Assembly: GCA_963790475.1 (NCBI GenBank)
Contig: CAWBOS010000006.1
Span: 352,001-416,000 of the forward strand
Source: an uncultured delta proteobacterium
GTDB taxonomy: Bacteria; Desulfobacterota; RBG-13-43-22
Reading direction: 5' to 3'
Length of the DNA stretch: 64,000 bases
The position numbers and the translations under genes were made by a program. This document shows positions 1 through 10,342 of this stretch, piece after piece. Under the pieces are notes generated by a model, which was given only the letters and a program-made list of their open reading frames with translations, ran no database searches and was not told the origin of the DNA. The number at the start of each line of letters is the position of its first letter. Positions within the stretch are counted from its first letter, which is position 1.

Positions 1-244
1 GACAGCCCTTACAGGTGTTACCGGACAGGCTCTGGGTCTCGACATGCCCATTCGGGAGAACCCGATCATTGCCGTGGCAGGCCGCGCAGTCTCCGTTGTC
101 GGTAATCTCCAACCGCTTCGATTCGGCGAAGGCTGTTCCGGCCTGATTCTCTTCCGACCCGAGATAAACATTGGCCATAACTGGAAGAAGAAGGTCCATT
201 CCGAGAACAGGGAGGTATTTCAATATAGAGCGTTTCTGCCGCAC
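1..244 (-). CDS. Multiheme c-type cytochrome, N-terminal part (runs off the window start)
   Basis: Not in the ORF track. Manual translation from GTG 244 gives MRQKRSILKYLPVLGMDLLLPVMANVYLG...DCAACHGND...NTCKGC(H): a signal-peptide-like N-terminus, one full CxxCH and a second cut by the window edge. Confidence 0.7.
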   Translation of the reverse strand, partial: MRQKRSILKYLPVLGMDLLLPVMANVYLGSEENQAGTAFAESKRLEITDNGDCAACHGNDRVLPNGHVETQSLSGNTCKGC

Positions 245-357
245 GGCTTTCTCAGTTCTTCTTCGGCTATCTCAACTATTTCTTGACCGTCTTTGGCATT
301 TGAAAAGTCTATCAGAAGCACTTTTTCCCTCGTCCCACCTGTTTGAGCGATACGTTT

Positions 358-816
358 TTAAAAGAATATCATTCCCAGCATCTGAGCAATACAAGCTGGT
401 TTTTCCTGCCCCTCAATCTCGATGGTGTGGGTCTGTGTCACTAGAATCCGGTTTCCGGGCTTTTCCTCCACCGCCGTAAGCACTATCCGGTCACGTATTC
501 TTGCACCGGAAACCACGGGATTGAGAAAGCGCACCCTATCCAGACCATAGTTGACACTCATCACGGCACCTTCCATTTTCAGCGGAACCTGATAGCTGAA
601 AAAAGGTATATGGGAGAGGGTTAGAAACCCGTGGGCGATGGTTTGACCGAACGGTCCTTTGGCGGCTTTTTCCACATCCACGTGAATCCACTGATGATCT
701 TTGGTGCTGTCGGCGAATTGGTTAATCTGTTCCTGCGTCACCTGTGTCCAATCGGTTAGAAAAATTTCTTTCCCTATGGCCTTCTCCATATCTTTTAGTA
801 CCGATGCCTGAGACAT
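358..816 (-). CDS. MaoC-family (R)-enoyl-CoA hydratase/dehydratase
   Basis: Hot-dog hydratase motif FADSTKDHQWIHVD...IAHGFLTLS and NYGLDRVRFLNPV. Confidence 0.9.
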   Translation of the reverse strand: MSQASVLKDMEKAIGKEIFLTDWTQVTQEQINQFADSTKDHQWIHVDVEKAAKGPFGQTIAHGFLTLSHIPFFSYQVPLKMEGAVMSVNYGLDRVRFLNPVVSGARIRDRIVLTAVEEKPGNRILVTQTHTIEIEGQEKPACIAQMLGMIFF

Positions 817-853
817 GAGTCATTCCCCTTTCAGTCTTTAAGTAACCTACATT

Positions 854-2455
854 TTACTTCAAAATAGCTGTGCCAAGCCCTCCCCGCAACCGCAGCACCC
901 GTTTCACCGCCTGAGGGATCTCCTCCTTCCGATGGGTCACATAAATCGTAGTCACCTTCCCGGTTCGGATCAATTCATCCACAGCTTCCATGAAAACATC
1001 CCGATGTGCCGGGTCAAGACCCTGACCGGGCTCGTCCAGGATGAGTAATTGTGGCCGTTTCACCAGGGCCCGCGCCAGCAGGACCATTCGTTGCAGTCCT
1101 GTCGAGAGGACAAACAGCGGACTGTCAGCCAATTCCAAGACCTGGAATTCTGCCAGCCAGTCGAGTACGGCGGCGCGCCTCTGCCGGCTCGGTGTCTGAA
1201 ATAGACCGACCGTGTCATAAAAACCCGAAGCCACCACCTCAAAACAGGTTGCCTCATCGTTAAAGTGCAGGTGCAGCTCCGGCGAAACCCAGCCGATACG
1301 CCGCTTGATCTCCCAAACCGACTCTCCACTGCCTCGCTGCTTGCCGAAGACCGCAATATCGTTGCCATAGACCTGCGGGTTATCTCCGAGGATCAGACTC
1401 AGCAAGGTCGTCTTACCCGATCCATTAGGACCCAGCAGCGCCCAACTCTCACCGGCCCGCACCGTCCAGTTAATATCGCGGAGGATGACCCGGTCCTCAT
1501 AACGCACTGTCACATTACGCAATTGCAATAGAGGTTTTCTGCCGGACTTCCCGCCCGCGTTGCCGGGTTGCCCTTCCTGTGTCCGTGCTCGCAGTAAGAG
1601 GCCTTTTCCAGCAGCCGCAACCGGTTCGTTGTATACCGGCTGGTGACTAAGGAAACTTTTCCTGCCGGCTGTCAGCAGTCCTTTAACCCGCGAGAGGCCC
1701 AACACCCTGGCCCGCGGCCCGGCCGCTATCACCTGGCACTCATGGAGGCACAATAAATGGGTCACCGGGCGCGGCAAATCCTCGATCCGCGCCGTGATAA
1801 GCAGCACCCGCAATGGTGTCCGCATAAGCCGATTCAGCAGTTCATGAAAATACTTCCGCATCCCCACATCAAGGCCCACGAACGGCTCATCGAGCATGAG
1901 CAACCGCAACGGGCGGCAAAGGGCCCAGGCCAGCTGGACTCGTTGTCTTTCCCCGTTCGACAGAGAAATCAAAGTCCGGTCCCAAAACAGCTCGATTCGC
2001 AAAAGTCTGACTGCCCGGCGCATCCGCCGTTCGAATTGCGCGCGTTCCTGGTCATCGGGGTCCCTCACTTCGAAGGGATTAATCTCCATGACCTGTTCAT
2101 AAGAGAGGAAGTCGCGCACCAGTAAGGCGCTTTCCTCCTCGATGCTGTTCCAGCGTGACTGCACGACCATCTCATGAACATCGAGCCTTCGATCCTCGAA
2201 CGACATATGGCCGATGGCCTCTTCCGGCATCAAGCCTGGCGGCGTTCGAAAATGATATTTTAATTCCCCGTGCACCAACGGCAGTTGACCGCGCAGTGCC
2301 TCTCCCAGAAGGGATTTGCCCGAACCGTTTGCGCCGATGATCGCCCAGTGCTCGTTTCGGTGGAAAACCCACGAGGTATTCTCAAACACTATTTGGTCTC
2401 CCAGCCGAAACGATGCCTTCCTGAGGGAGAGAAAGGGCAGAGAAGAGTGTTTCAT
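854..2455 (-). CDS. Double-domain ABC ATPase, ModF-like
   Basis: Two Walker A motifs (GANGSGKS, GPNGSGKTT), signatures LSNGERQR and LSTGLQRM, and the ModF-typical GESVWEIKRRIGWVSPELH. Confidence 0.85.
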   Translation of the reverse strand: MKHSSLPFLSLRKASFRLGDQIVFENTSWVFHRNEHWAIIGANGSGKSLLGEALRGQLPLVHGELKYHFRTPPGLMPEEAIGHMSFEDRRLDVHEMVVQSRWNSIEEESALLVRDFLSYEQVMEINPFEVRDPDDQERAQFERRMRRAVRLLRIELFWDRTLISLSNGERQRVQLAWALCRPLRLLMLDEPFVGLDVGMRKYFHELLNRLMRTPLRVLLITARIEDLPRPVTHLLCLHECQVIAAGPRARVLGLSRVKGLLTAGRKSFLSHQPVYNEPVAAAGKGLLLRARTQEGQPGNAGGKSGRKPLLQLRNVTVRYEDRVILRDINWTVRAGESWALLGPNGSGKTTLLSLILGDNPQVYGNDIAVFGKQRGSGESVWEIKRRIGWVSPELHLHFNDEATCFEVVASGFYDTVGLFQTPSRQRRAAVLDWLAEFQVLELADSPLFVLSTGLQRMVLLARALVKRPQLLILDEPGQGLDPAHRDVFMEAVDELIRTGKVTTIYVTHRKEEIPQAVKRVLRLRGGLGTAILK

Positions 2456-2553
2456 ATTTTACAGGACTCGTCTATCCGATCAGTCGATAAATGTTTTTTG
2501 CCCCTTTTATTCTTTACCGATTCGGTAAAATGATGGGGCCGGATAATAAGCCT

Positions 2554-3771
2554 TCAGGCGATTACCTTTTCCTCGGAAAATCTTTGTATATCCTCCCAGG
2601 TGTATCCAAGTTCCAGCGGGACTTCTTCGGTATGCTGACCGAACTCGGGAGCGGCCGTTCTGACTGTGGCCGGTGTCCGGCTGAACTTCACCGGCGGGGC
2701 AACTACTTCCATGGGGCCGTAGTTCGGGTGATCAAGGGTAACATAATAATCATTGGCCCGGGCCTGAGGATCATTGACGACCTCCAGAAGATTCTGTATC
2801 GGTCCCGATGGGATCTCGGCAAAGAGGGGTTTCCACTCAGCCATCGTTTTGCTCATAAATCTTTCATCCAAAATCTTGAACAACTCCATACGATTCTCAG
2901 CCCTGGCTTCAAACGTATTAAAGCGGATATCGTGGATCAGATCTTCCCGTTCGAGTGCACGACAGACCCTGGGCCAGTATTGATCGGGAAGCAGGCACAT
3001 CAGGACAAAGGCCCGCCCGTCCTTGGTGGGATACATCCCGACCAGAGGGTTCATGGAGTCCTCCCTGCCCTTAGGCTTAAACTCGGTAAATTCCTTTTTC
3101 TCAACCAAAGCCCCGGATATGTCGAACGACATCTGGAAAACCCCCAAATTAAACAGGGAGGTGTCCACCGCTTGTCCGATTCCGGTCTTCTCCCGGGCGA
3201 ACAGGGCCGTCATGATCCCGAAGGCCAGCATCATTCCACCGAGATTGTCTCCGATGGCCGGTCGAAAACCCAGGGCGTCCAGAAGATAGGGTATAGCGCC
3301 CCTCGACCAGTAGGAGATGACGTCATAGCCCGGCGAATTCCGGTCTGGGCCTTTTAGGCCGTATCCGGTCAGACTGGCAAAGATAAGCCTGGGATTGATT
3401 TTATTGAGCGTTTCATACTCCAGTTGGAATTTTTCCAGTTCGTAGGGCCTCAGATTACTGATAAAGACGTCCGCCTGTTCAATAAGTTTATGGATGATTT
3501 CCCGTCCCTGGTCCGACGCCAGGTCAAGAGTGACCCCCCTTTTATTGATATTGTAGAGTTCCCAGTTATAGTTGATCCGGGAGGGGACCCCTCTCCCCGC
3601 GGTGAGCGGATTATCCGGTGTAGATTGAAAATACCTGTAAGCATCGCCGGTGACAGGGTTTTCGACATGGATGACATCTGCTCCGAGATCGGCCAACAAT
3701 CTCCCTCCCATGGGCGCTGCCGCCCACTGGGCTATTTCAATGATCTTTATTCCTTCCAGTGCTTTGGTCAA
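2554..3771 (-). CDS. Family III CoA-transferase (CaiB/BaiF)
   Basis: LADLGADVIHVE, NINKRGVTLDL, NPRLIFASLTGYG and APEFGQHT motifs; TTG start with GGAGG RBS. Confidence 0.92.
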   Translation of the reverse strand: MTKALEGIKIIEIAQWAAAPMGGRLLADLGADVIHVENPVTGDAYRYFQSTPDNPLTAGRGVPSRINYNWELYNINKRGVTLDLASDQGREIIHKLIEQADVFISNLRPYELEKFQLEYETLNKINPRLIFASLTGYGLKGPDRNSPGYDVISYWSRGAIPYLLDALGFRPAIGDNLGGMMLAFGIMTALFAREKTGIGQAVDTSLFNLGVFQMSFDISGALVEKKEFTEFKPKGREDSMNPLVGMYPTKDGRAFVLMCLLPDQYWPRVCRALEREDLIHDIRFNTFEARAENRMELFKILDERFMSKTMAEWKPLFAEIPSGPIQNLLEVVNDPQARANDYYVTLDHPNYGPMEVVAPPVKFSRTPATVRTAAPEFGQHTEEVPLELGYTWEDIQRFSEEKVIA

Positions 3772-4528
3772 GATTGCCTCCTTTAATTCTTTTTCTAAGC
3801 TTTGCCCAGGTGTTAGTGATCAAGAAGCTCTCCTCCATATTATTAACCATGCTTCTGAACTTGTTCATGGGAAGAGAAAAACTAAGGATTTCTTTGGGAA
3901 CATAAGGCCTGGCTGAAATGTCAAACATACCCAGAACAGCCCGAGGTCGGTACCTATCCTTTTCTAAATAGGGGTACAAAACAATGGAGCCGCACCCGGC
4001 CCCAAAAGGAGCGATGATACTCTCACGCCCCGTTTCTTCAAAAGCGGCCAGGGTAAAAAGCCCGGACAACACATCCGGGGATGCATAAAAAATGATCACG
4101 TCGCATTCGTCCTCTTGAACAAGGGTATCCCATCTTTTAAAAACAATATACTTGGCCGGGGCCGGGTTCCAAGGGGATTCTTCCATCAGTTGCCTTACTA
4201 TTTCCGGAGTCTTTTTGTATCGTTCTCCTTCCGTTTCTCCTTTTAGTCCGCAGGAAAGGAAGTATTCGAAGTTGGATCTTACCTCACGCGTAAACCCCAG
4301 ATACCTTTTCCCCCCACTACAACCGAAAGAATTGCTTCCAAAGCATAGCGACTTGCCTTTTCTCACTTTATTTAAGACCCCAACGAAACACTGGTGACCC
4401 GTTGCCGGAGCCTTGACTAACTCTCCACGTCCTTCCTGATCTGTATAATAGAAGATTATCGGGAGTTCGGCCCCATTAAAATATTTTTTCCACAAACCGA
4501 GGAACTTATCCCTAAATTCTAAATCCAT
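3737..4528 (-). CDS. DUF169-family protein
   Basis: CSGGKRYLGF, FLSCG...EGERYKKTPE, PFGAGCGSIV and LGMFDISARP resemble DUF169 proteins of anaerobes. Confidence 0.75.
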   Translation of the reverse strand: MDLEFRDKFLGLWKKYFNGAELPIIFYYTDQEGRGELVKAPATGHQCFVGVLNKVRKGKSLCFGSNSFGCSGGKRYLGFTREVRSNFEYFLSCGLKGETEGERYKKTPEIVRQLMEESPWNPAPAKYIVFKRWDTLVQEDECDVIIFYASPDVLSGLFTLAAFEETGRESIIAPFGAGCGSIVLYPYLEKDRYRPRAVLGMFDISARPYVPKEILSFSLPMNKFRSMVNNMEESFLITNTWAKLRKRIKGGNLDQSTGRNKDH

Positions 4529-4630
4529 GGCATCCTCCCATTGTATCTCTCTTTTTCATTGTTTCCGCCCCACCCCTTGAATCCCCTTTTTCTCAAGAAA
4601 CGATCTGCTTTGGCAAGAAAAAAGATTTGC

Positions 4631-5305
4631 CTACCATAGGCCAGGAAGGAGCCTGTAGTGGGTGTGTTGCGTGTAGGACTCGTACCCCTCCAGGTCCTGG
4701 CGAAGGGTCCGATCCTCGAGCGCGGTTCGAATGATGAAAAACAGGGCCACTATTCCGGCGGGAATGAAGGTATACCAGGAGCCCAACATCAATGGCGTCG
4801 ATATTGCCCCCAGGATAGCCCCTGCGTACCCGGGATGGCGCACGATTTGGTATGGCCCCGAGGTCACGACCTGGTGGGCTCGATCCGTTTGAATGCGTAC
4901 GAATTGTTCGAAGTATTTGTTTTTGACCATAGCCCATGTGGCCAAGGTGTAAGATAGCGCCATTACAACGGCGCCGCAATAAAGCGTAGCCATGGGCATC
5001 GGAGACCATCCGAGCCGCTTATCCAGCCCGGCAACAACAGGCGTGATAAAAGATAGGGTCAGCCACAAAACGATAAACGCTTTGTCAAAGGCTCTCACAC
5101 CGGCATGCCAGGTACCTCGCTGATCAAGCATTTCTGGCGCTCGCTTTGCCAGTATGATGAGCGTACAGGTCTCCAGGAACAAAGTGTAAACGAGATAGAT
5201 CCACCCCTGCCGCCAACGAAGGGTTCCGGCTGTGGCGAAGAGAATCACCGCAAACACAAGGAGAAGGGTTATACGCTGGATAACATACCGGAAGCCTGAT
5301 GTCAT
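4631..5305 (-). CDS. Isoprenylcysteine carboxyl methyltransferase (ICMT/PEMT)-family membrane protein
   Basis: Multiple TM helices; VVTSGPYQIVRHPGYAG and RTALEDRTL...GY..Y motifs. Start placed at ATG 5305 (AGGTG RBS). Confidence 0.85.
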   Translation of the reverse strand: MTSGFRYVIQRITLLLVFAVILFATAGTLRWRQGWIYLVYTLFLETCTLIILAKRAPEMLDQRGTWHAGVRAFDKAFIVLWLTLSFITPVVAGLDKRLGWSPMPMATLYCGAVVMALSYTLATWAMVKNKYFEQFVRIQTDRAHQVVTSGPYQIVRHPGYAGAILGAISTPLMLGSWYTFIPAGIVALFFIIRTALEDRTLRQDLEGYESYTQHTHYRLLPGLW

Positions 5306-5363
5306 AGTTTCACCTAGGCATCTTTCTTCGTTACGGATTAAAGGGAGTCCCAATTATCACGAT

Positions 5364-6284
5364 TTATTCTCCGGCGTCTTTTTGTTTCTTCTTTTTCTTG
5401 CTCAAATCAGCAACCTGCTCAATCTCGGACACAAAGAACCGCTCACTAAAGCCTGCCGCAATAGCCAAAACAAGATAGGTGGCTCGCGGATTGGAATGGG
5501 CTGTGACAATCGTTATCACGCCGGACACCTGGATCAGATAAACGATCAAAGCGCCGGCGGCTCCGATTAAGGGTTTAAGAAACAACAAGGTCCGCCGGAT
5601 GTAATAAGCGTAAGAAGGTGCATCCAGCGATTCCATGGTCGAAATAGCGCTGACGAGTCCACCGATAGCACCGAAAGCGATAACGGCCAGGACAAATGTC
5701 CAGGTGACTTCGGCCAGGTTAAGAAACTCCGGAACAAGCCAGAGACTGCTGGCCAGCAAAATGCCGAGGATAACGGCGGTGATTACCAGGCGGGTGCGGA
5801 GAAGGTTGACTTTGCGCCAATGGGCGTCCCGCGCATCGGCGGTGAGCCGGGAAAGGCGTTCCATGTCAAAACGGATTTCCGGCAGGGGAAGGGCATGGAA
5901 ATGCTTGTCCTCATCGTGTCTTGGCAGATGGAGTCGAAGAGACTCTTCTATCTTGTCGAGGTCGCCTTCGTAACGCTTCTGTTCTTCCTTGGTAACGTAA
6001 GAAAGACTGCCTCTGATATCCACCACTGCCGATAAAAGATCGGAGATTGAGCCAATTCGGCATATACCATGTCGAATCCTGTGCAGCATCTGCCAAATCC
6101 TATCGTATGCGGAATAACGAAGAAGACTTCGACGATTAAACGTCTCTTCGGCCTGTACAAGCCATTTGTGACATTCCGTTGTATCTTTTCCTTCTTGTTT
6201 GAGTCTTTCCAATATCGCGTGGAAATCCTGGATCCTAACCAGAATCTGAGGATCCCCTCTCAGCTTATGGGTTCGCATTATCAT
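5364..6284 (-). CDS. Hypothetical membrane protein: helical N-terminal domain plus four C-terminal TM helices
   Basis: 306-aa ORF with GGAGG RBS; TM block with GAIGGLVS, KPLIGAAGALIVY and AAGFSERFF. Confidence 0.75.
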   Translation of the reverse strand: MIMRTHKLRGDPQILVRIQDFHAILERLKQEGKDTTECHKWLVQAEETFNRRSLLRYSAYDRIWQMLHRIRHGICRIGSISDLLSAVVDIRGSLSYVTKEEQKRYEGDLDKIEESLRLHLPRHDEDKHFHALPLPEIRFDMERLSRLTADARDAHWRKVNLLRTRLVITAVILGILLASSLWLVPEFLNLAEVTWTFVLAVIAFGAIGGLVSAISTMESLDAPSYAYYIRRTLLFLKPLIGAAGALIVYLIQVSGVITIVTAHSNPRATYLVLAIAAGFSERFFVSEIEQVADLSKKKKKQKDAGE

Positions 6285-6411
6285 TCCTCCTTTCTAATAA
6301 GATCCTTATTGGCCATTTTCAAATTTCCATTTTTCTCAGGCTAAATAAATTCTTTAACATGGTCAGCCCTCCTGAGTCATTAATAGATCATGATGAAGAT
6401 CTTAGCCCTTG

Positions 6412-7014
6412 TCATTCCTGAAACTTCGATGGTTTGAGCGCCTCCTGAAGTGCGGAGGCAATGTCCTGTTCCAATGTTGCGACACCTTTTATAACCTAAG
6501 GGCCGCCATTCTGCCAGTGATCAGTGAAGTTGGCAATGGTTTGCCCAGTGGAAGGTGAGACGGCGCGAATCTCAAGGACCACATCGGTTCCCCCCTCAAC
6601 AAGGGCGAGGGAGGAGAAGAGCTTCACTATCGGTCCCCGTCCGCGAACAGTGATGAAGAGAAGCTGACTGGGGGTGCCCCCATAATCGCCGGCAAGGGCA
6701 GAAACCTCTGCTGACCGAAGGTCGATGGATTCCCGGTCGCCTATCTTGCGGATGACCCTGACCTGGGCAAGGCAGTCAGAAGTGGAAAAGAATCGTTCAA
6801 TCCCGCGCTGGGCAGCGGCCTCGCGGAAGCGGACATTCTTCTGATCGGGGCGCCACTTTGGACCCCAAAAAACAAGTGCCGAAGCCTGTTCGTTGGGCCC
6901 TTGACACAGGGGTTGTTGGGGAGCTTGCCCGGTGATCTGAAAATGAGTGCTGGCGCAGCCGGACAGCACAAGCACCGGGAGTAAAATCAATGGTAGGGAA
7001 CAGATGATGCGCAT
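6412..7014 (-). pseudogene. Lipoprotein gene interrupted by an in-frame TAG
   Basis: Lipobox LVLSGC. After TAG at 6496-6498 the same frame continues VIKGVATLEQDIASALQEALKPSKFQE to TGA at 6412-6414. Confidence 0.6.
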
Positions 7015-7190
7015 GAGTAGAACTTCAACGCACTGGTAAAATGAAAAAGAATTAAAGGGGACGGTTCTAATTATTTGTCCTGACCAGTATTTGGGTTGAC
7101 GTATAGCACCTACAAGTATTCTAAAGGAACCCTTCCAAAAATTAACAATTAGCGTTTGAAATGTGCATTAAAAAGCCATTTTGTGTCCTT

Positions 7191-7735
7191 CTAATCTCTA
7201 ACCGAACCGTACTTGGTAATATTCGTAAGCCTTAGAGCTTTTCCTTCTTCCTTATAAAAAATCCGAACCTCATCTCCAGCATTCCAAGTATATTCCGGCA
7301 AATCAAAGAATTTTTCAGGAAGACTGAAGGTAGCCAATATCTGTTGTCTCCTGGAATAAAGAGTGATTAATTTCCTTTCTCGGTCGATAATTGGGAACTT
7401 TTTAGGCTTATTAGTATTGGTATCAAAAACCAAGGAGTTGTCCAATAAAACCCCTTTTTTTTTATCCAAGAGGGTATAAGAGATGGTCTTGAAATTTCGA
7501 TCGATCGGATCATAAATTATGATTTGGTTATTTGCAGGATTTAACTTCATTCTTAAACCGACTTTTAGTTCCGGTTTAATTCCAATAATGTCTTGGGGTA
7601 GGTCATAGGTAACCGGCAGCAATTCCTTGTTACATAGTATTCTGTATCGTAGTTCCCTTCTCCAAGATAACCGACACAGCCACAACAGGCGATAAGAAGC
7701 AGCGTGCTTGCAATTAAGAGAACTCTTCTTCTCAT
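7191..7735 (-). pseudogene. Frameshifted lipoprotein gene, DUF4881-like
   Basis: ATG 7735 with AGGAG RBS gives signal peptide MRRRVLLIASTLLLIACCGC. The body (TYDLP...RMKL...TLYSRRQQILATFSLP...TWNAGDEVRIFYKEEGKALR) is in another frame and resembles DUF4881 proteins. Confidence 0.6.
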
Positions 7736-7793
7736 ATTGTCTCCTTTCCGTTATTTTGACACTTTCTCCTCCATCCTGTCATCATTCATTAAC

Positions 7794-8246
7794 CTACCTC
7801 ACCAGAAGGACCGGGCATTTGGCACTTCTTACAACCCTTTCGGCCACGCTTCCGATAAGGTGACTCAATAAGCCTGTTTTGCCGTGGGAGGCAATCACGA
7901 TTAAATCTATCTTTTTTTCTTGTTGATCTCTTAAGATTTCCTCGTAGTAAGGGGTTCCATTTCTGATATTGGCTATGATCTCAATTGATTTTGAATTTGG
8001 AATCTTTGCGAGTTGCTCGGTAAGCATCTTTTGGGCCGCATCGACATTTCCCTTTTCCATGAGATTAACTGTTTGTGGATCAAGGCTATAATAGCTCAAG
8101 TAGGTGGACGGAATGACTGTTCCGATCACGTGTAATAGATAGATCTTGCATTTGAATTGTTTGGCGATATCTATCGCCATTTGCAAAGCCTTGTCCGAAT
8201 ATTCGGAAAAATCTGTGGGTACCAGAATGCTTTTTGGTGAAAACAT
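7794..8246 (-). CDS. Universal stress protein (UspA family)
   Basis: ILVPTDFS...DLIVIASHGKTG...IGSVAERVVRSAKCPVLLVR. Confidence 0.95.
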   Translation of the reverse strand: MFSPKSILVPTDFSEYSDKALQMAIDIAKQFKCKIYLLHVIGTVIPSTYLSYYSLDPQTVNLMEKGNVDAAQKMLTEQLAKIPNSKSIEIIANIRNGTPYYEEILRDQQEKKIDLIVIASHGKTGLLSHLIGSVAERVVRSAKCPVLLVR

Positions 8247-8694
8247 GTTGGGCCTCCTTTAAAAATTTGATAGACTTTGCTATTAATGGGAAGAGTATAA
8301 GATAAGGAAAAGACGGGATCAAGGAGAAAAACAGGGCGGAAGGCAAGGGGACAAAGGGAATCTTCTGAAGGAAACAGGACTGAACAGAACCGAATTCAAA
8401 TGTTTCGCTACTAATGGTTATCATTGGCAGGTGTTAACATTAGCGATTACAGATTGAACTAACAAGCCTCTTCATGTTAGATGAGGCAGAAAATCGGAAA
8501 ACTGGAATGCCTCCAGAATTTGAGGAGATGAATATGATTGGGAGTAATTATACCGTTAGAGAGAAGCAAGGTAAGGACTTTAGATGTTCATTTCGAAGTT
8601 GCCCGAACATCAGCCGATATTTCCGGAATGAAGATAGTGATGGTGGATGGGGTTTTATTGATGGAGGAAGATCATTATAATCGGTAAGGATAAA

Positions 8695-10152
8695 ATGCCA
8701 AATAATCAGATAGAAGCATTTCCTAAAGTTTCAAATAAATGGATACCGGCCTATAAGTGGAAGGCCATGGCTACGGTTGCGCTGGGGACGATGATGGGTG
8801 CCATGGATTCCAGTATTACCAACATCGCTTTTCCAATGCTGACAAAGACATTTGGTGTATCGATTACGACGATCGTATGGGTATCATTGGCCTTCATCTT
8901 TGCCAGTACAAGTCCAATGCTGATCCTCGGCCGTGTCGGGGATCTGTTCGGGCGGAAAAGGATATATATGGGTGGAATTCTAATCTTTACATTAGGACTA
9001 ATATTTTGCTCTTTATCCCAAAATGTCACCCAGCTCATTATTTTTCGGATTATTCAGGCCATAGGCGCTGCCATGGCCATAGCCTGTGGTGCGGCCATAG
9101 TTACCGAAGCCTTTCCACAAAACGAACGAGGTATGGGACTTGGCTTATTGGCTGTATCGGTCTCTGCCGGTTTAATCAGCGGTCCGGTTCTGGGTGGATT
9201 TCTACTGGGATGGTTGCCTTGGCGTTCTATCTTTTATGTAAGAATACCTTTAGGGCTTATTGTCCTGATTATGGCCATATTATTTCTCAAAAAAGACCAA
9301 AGAAGAGTAGAAAAGATAACATTTGATCTATGGGGGACCCTATTTTCATCGGGAGGGTTAGCCTGCTTTATGATCGGAGTCAACCAGCTCAACCGGTTTG
9401 GTCTGAAATCTCCTATGTTTTATTTTTTAATGGGTTTGGGTTTATTGAGTCTCATCATTTTTGTTTTTGTTGAAAAAAATGCCCAGGATCCCATTGTTGA
9501 CCTCTCTCTTTTTAAGAATCGAGTTTTTACGAGCGCTTTAATGAGTTTATTCCTTATGTTTCTGACTTATTCAGCTTATATTCTGCTCATGCCATTCTAC
9601 CTGCTGCAGGGAATTGGCATGACTCCTTCAAAGGCCGGGGTTATTATGACGGTGGTCTCCATGACTGCAATCGTTATCGGTCCCATCAGTGGCTGGCTTT
9701 CCGACCGGTTCGGTCAAGTTTGGTTTGCCACCTTGGGGGCTATTTTAACCATCATCTCCTTTTGGCTCATATTTGGATTTGACCTTAAGAGTCGAATGAT
9801 GGATATTATCCCAGCCTTGGCATTGGCTGGTTTAGGGATGGGCATGTTTCAATCTCCTAATAACAGTTCCATTATGGGGGCGGTCAGCAGAGATCGGCTT
9901 GGGACCGCTTCGGCTATGATCGCTACTTCCAGACAGGTGGGGATCTCTCTCGGTACTGCTTTGGCCGGAACTATTTATTCAGGCCAACTCATTTATCATA
10001 AAGCAGAATTAAGCAGGGGAGGTCTCTCTGGGGGGATAGCCGATAGGCTGGCAGTATCGCTTTCCTTCAGTGACTCATTTTTTATCTCAGCGATTCTGAT
10101 GTCCTCTGTGGTGGTGCTATCCATCATGACACGAGAAATAAAAACTCCGTAA
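8695..10152 (+). CDS. MFS transporter, DHA2 (EmrB/QacA) family
   Basis: About 14 TM; MDSSITNIAFP, GRVGDLFGRKR and FQSPNNSSIMG. Confidence 0.93.
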   Translation: MPNNQIEAFPKVSNKWIPAYKWKAMATVALGTMMGAMDSSITNIAFPMLTKTFGVSITTIVWVSLAFIFASTSPMLILGRVGDLFGRKRIYMGGILIFTLGLIFCSLSQNVTQLIIFRIIQAIGAAMAIACGAAIVTEAFPQNERGMGLGLLAVSVSAGLISGPVLGGFLLGWLPWRSIFYVRIPLGLIVLIMAILFLKKDQRRVEKITFDLWGTLFSSGGLACFMIGVNQLNRFGLKSPMFYFLMGLGLLSLIIFVFVEKNAQDPIVDLSLFKNRVFTSALMSLFLMFLTYSAYILLMPFYLLQGIGMTPSKAGVIMTVVSMTAIVIGPISGWLSDRFGQVWFATLGAILTIISFWLIFGFDLKSRMMDIIPALALAGLGMGMFQSPNNSSIMGAVSRDRLGTASAMIATSRQVGISLGTALAGTIYSGQLIYHKAELSRGGLSGGIADRLAVSLSFSDSFFISAILMSSVVVLSIMTREIKTP

Positions 10153-10342
10153 AATGGATAGAATTTGCTTTTGATAGGACAAGAAAAAAAACAGGGCTGA
10201 AAGACAAAGGTCGTCTCAAGGTTGGTTAGGTCAGGGCCCTCATTTTTTTAGCTAAGAGGGCATTGGGAGGACTGGAAACAGGCCGGAATTTAGCTCCTCC
10301 ATCAACGACGGCCAGAATTAGAATTTTAAAAAAGGACACAGG

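Noticed and set aside
2491-3357. Long antisense ORFs (also 28335-29159, 41590-42210, 49361-49996)
   Set aside because: They are shadows opposite well-supported genes and have no recognisable motifs.
4600-7190. Integron cassette array of small unrelated genes
   Set aside because: No convincing attC (RYYYAAC...GTTRRRY) pairs and no integrase were seen.
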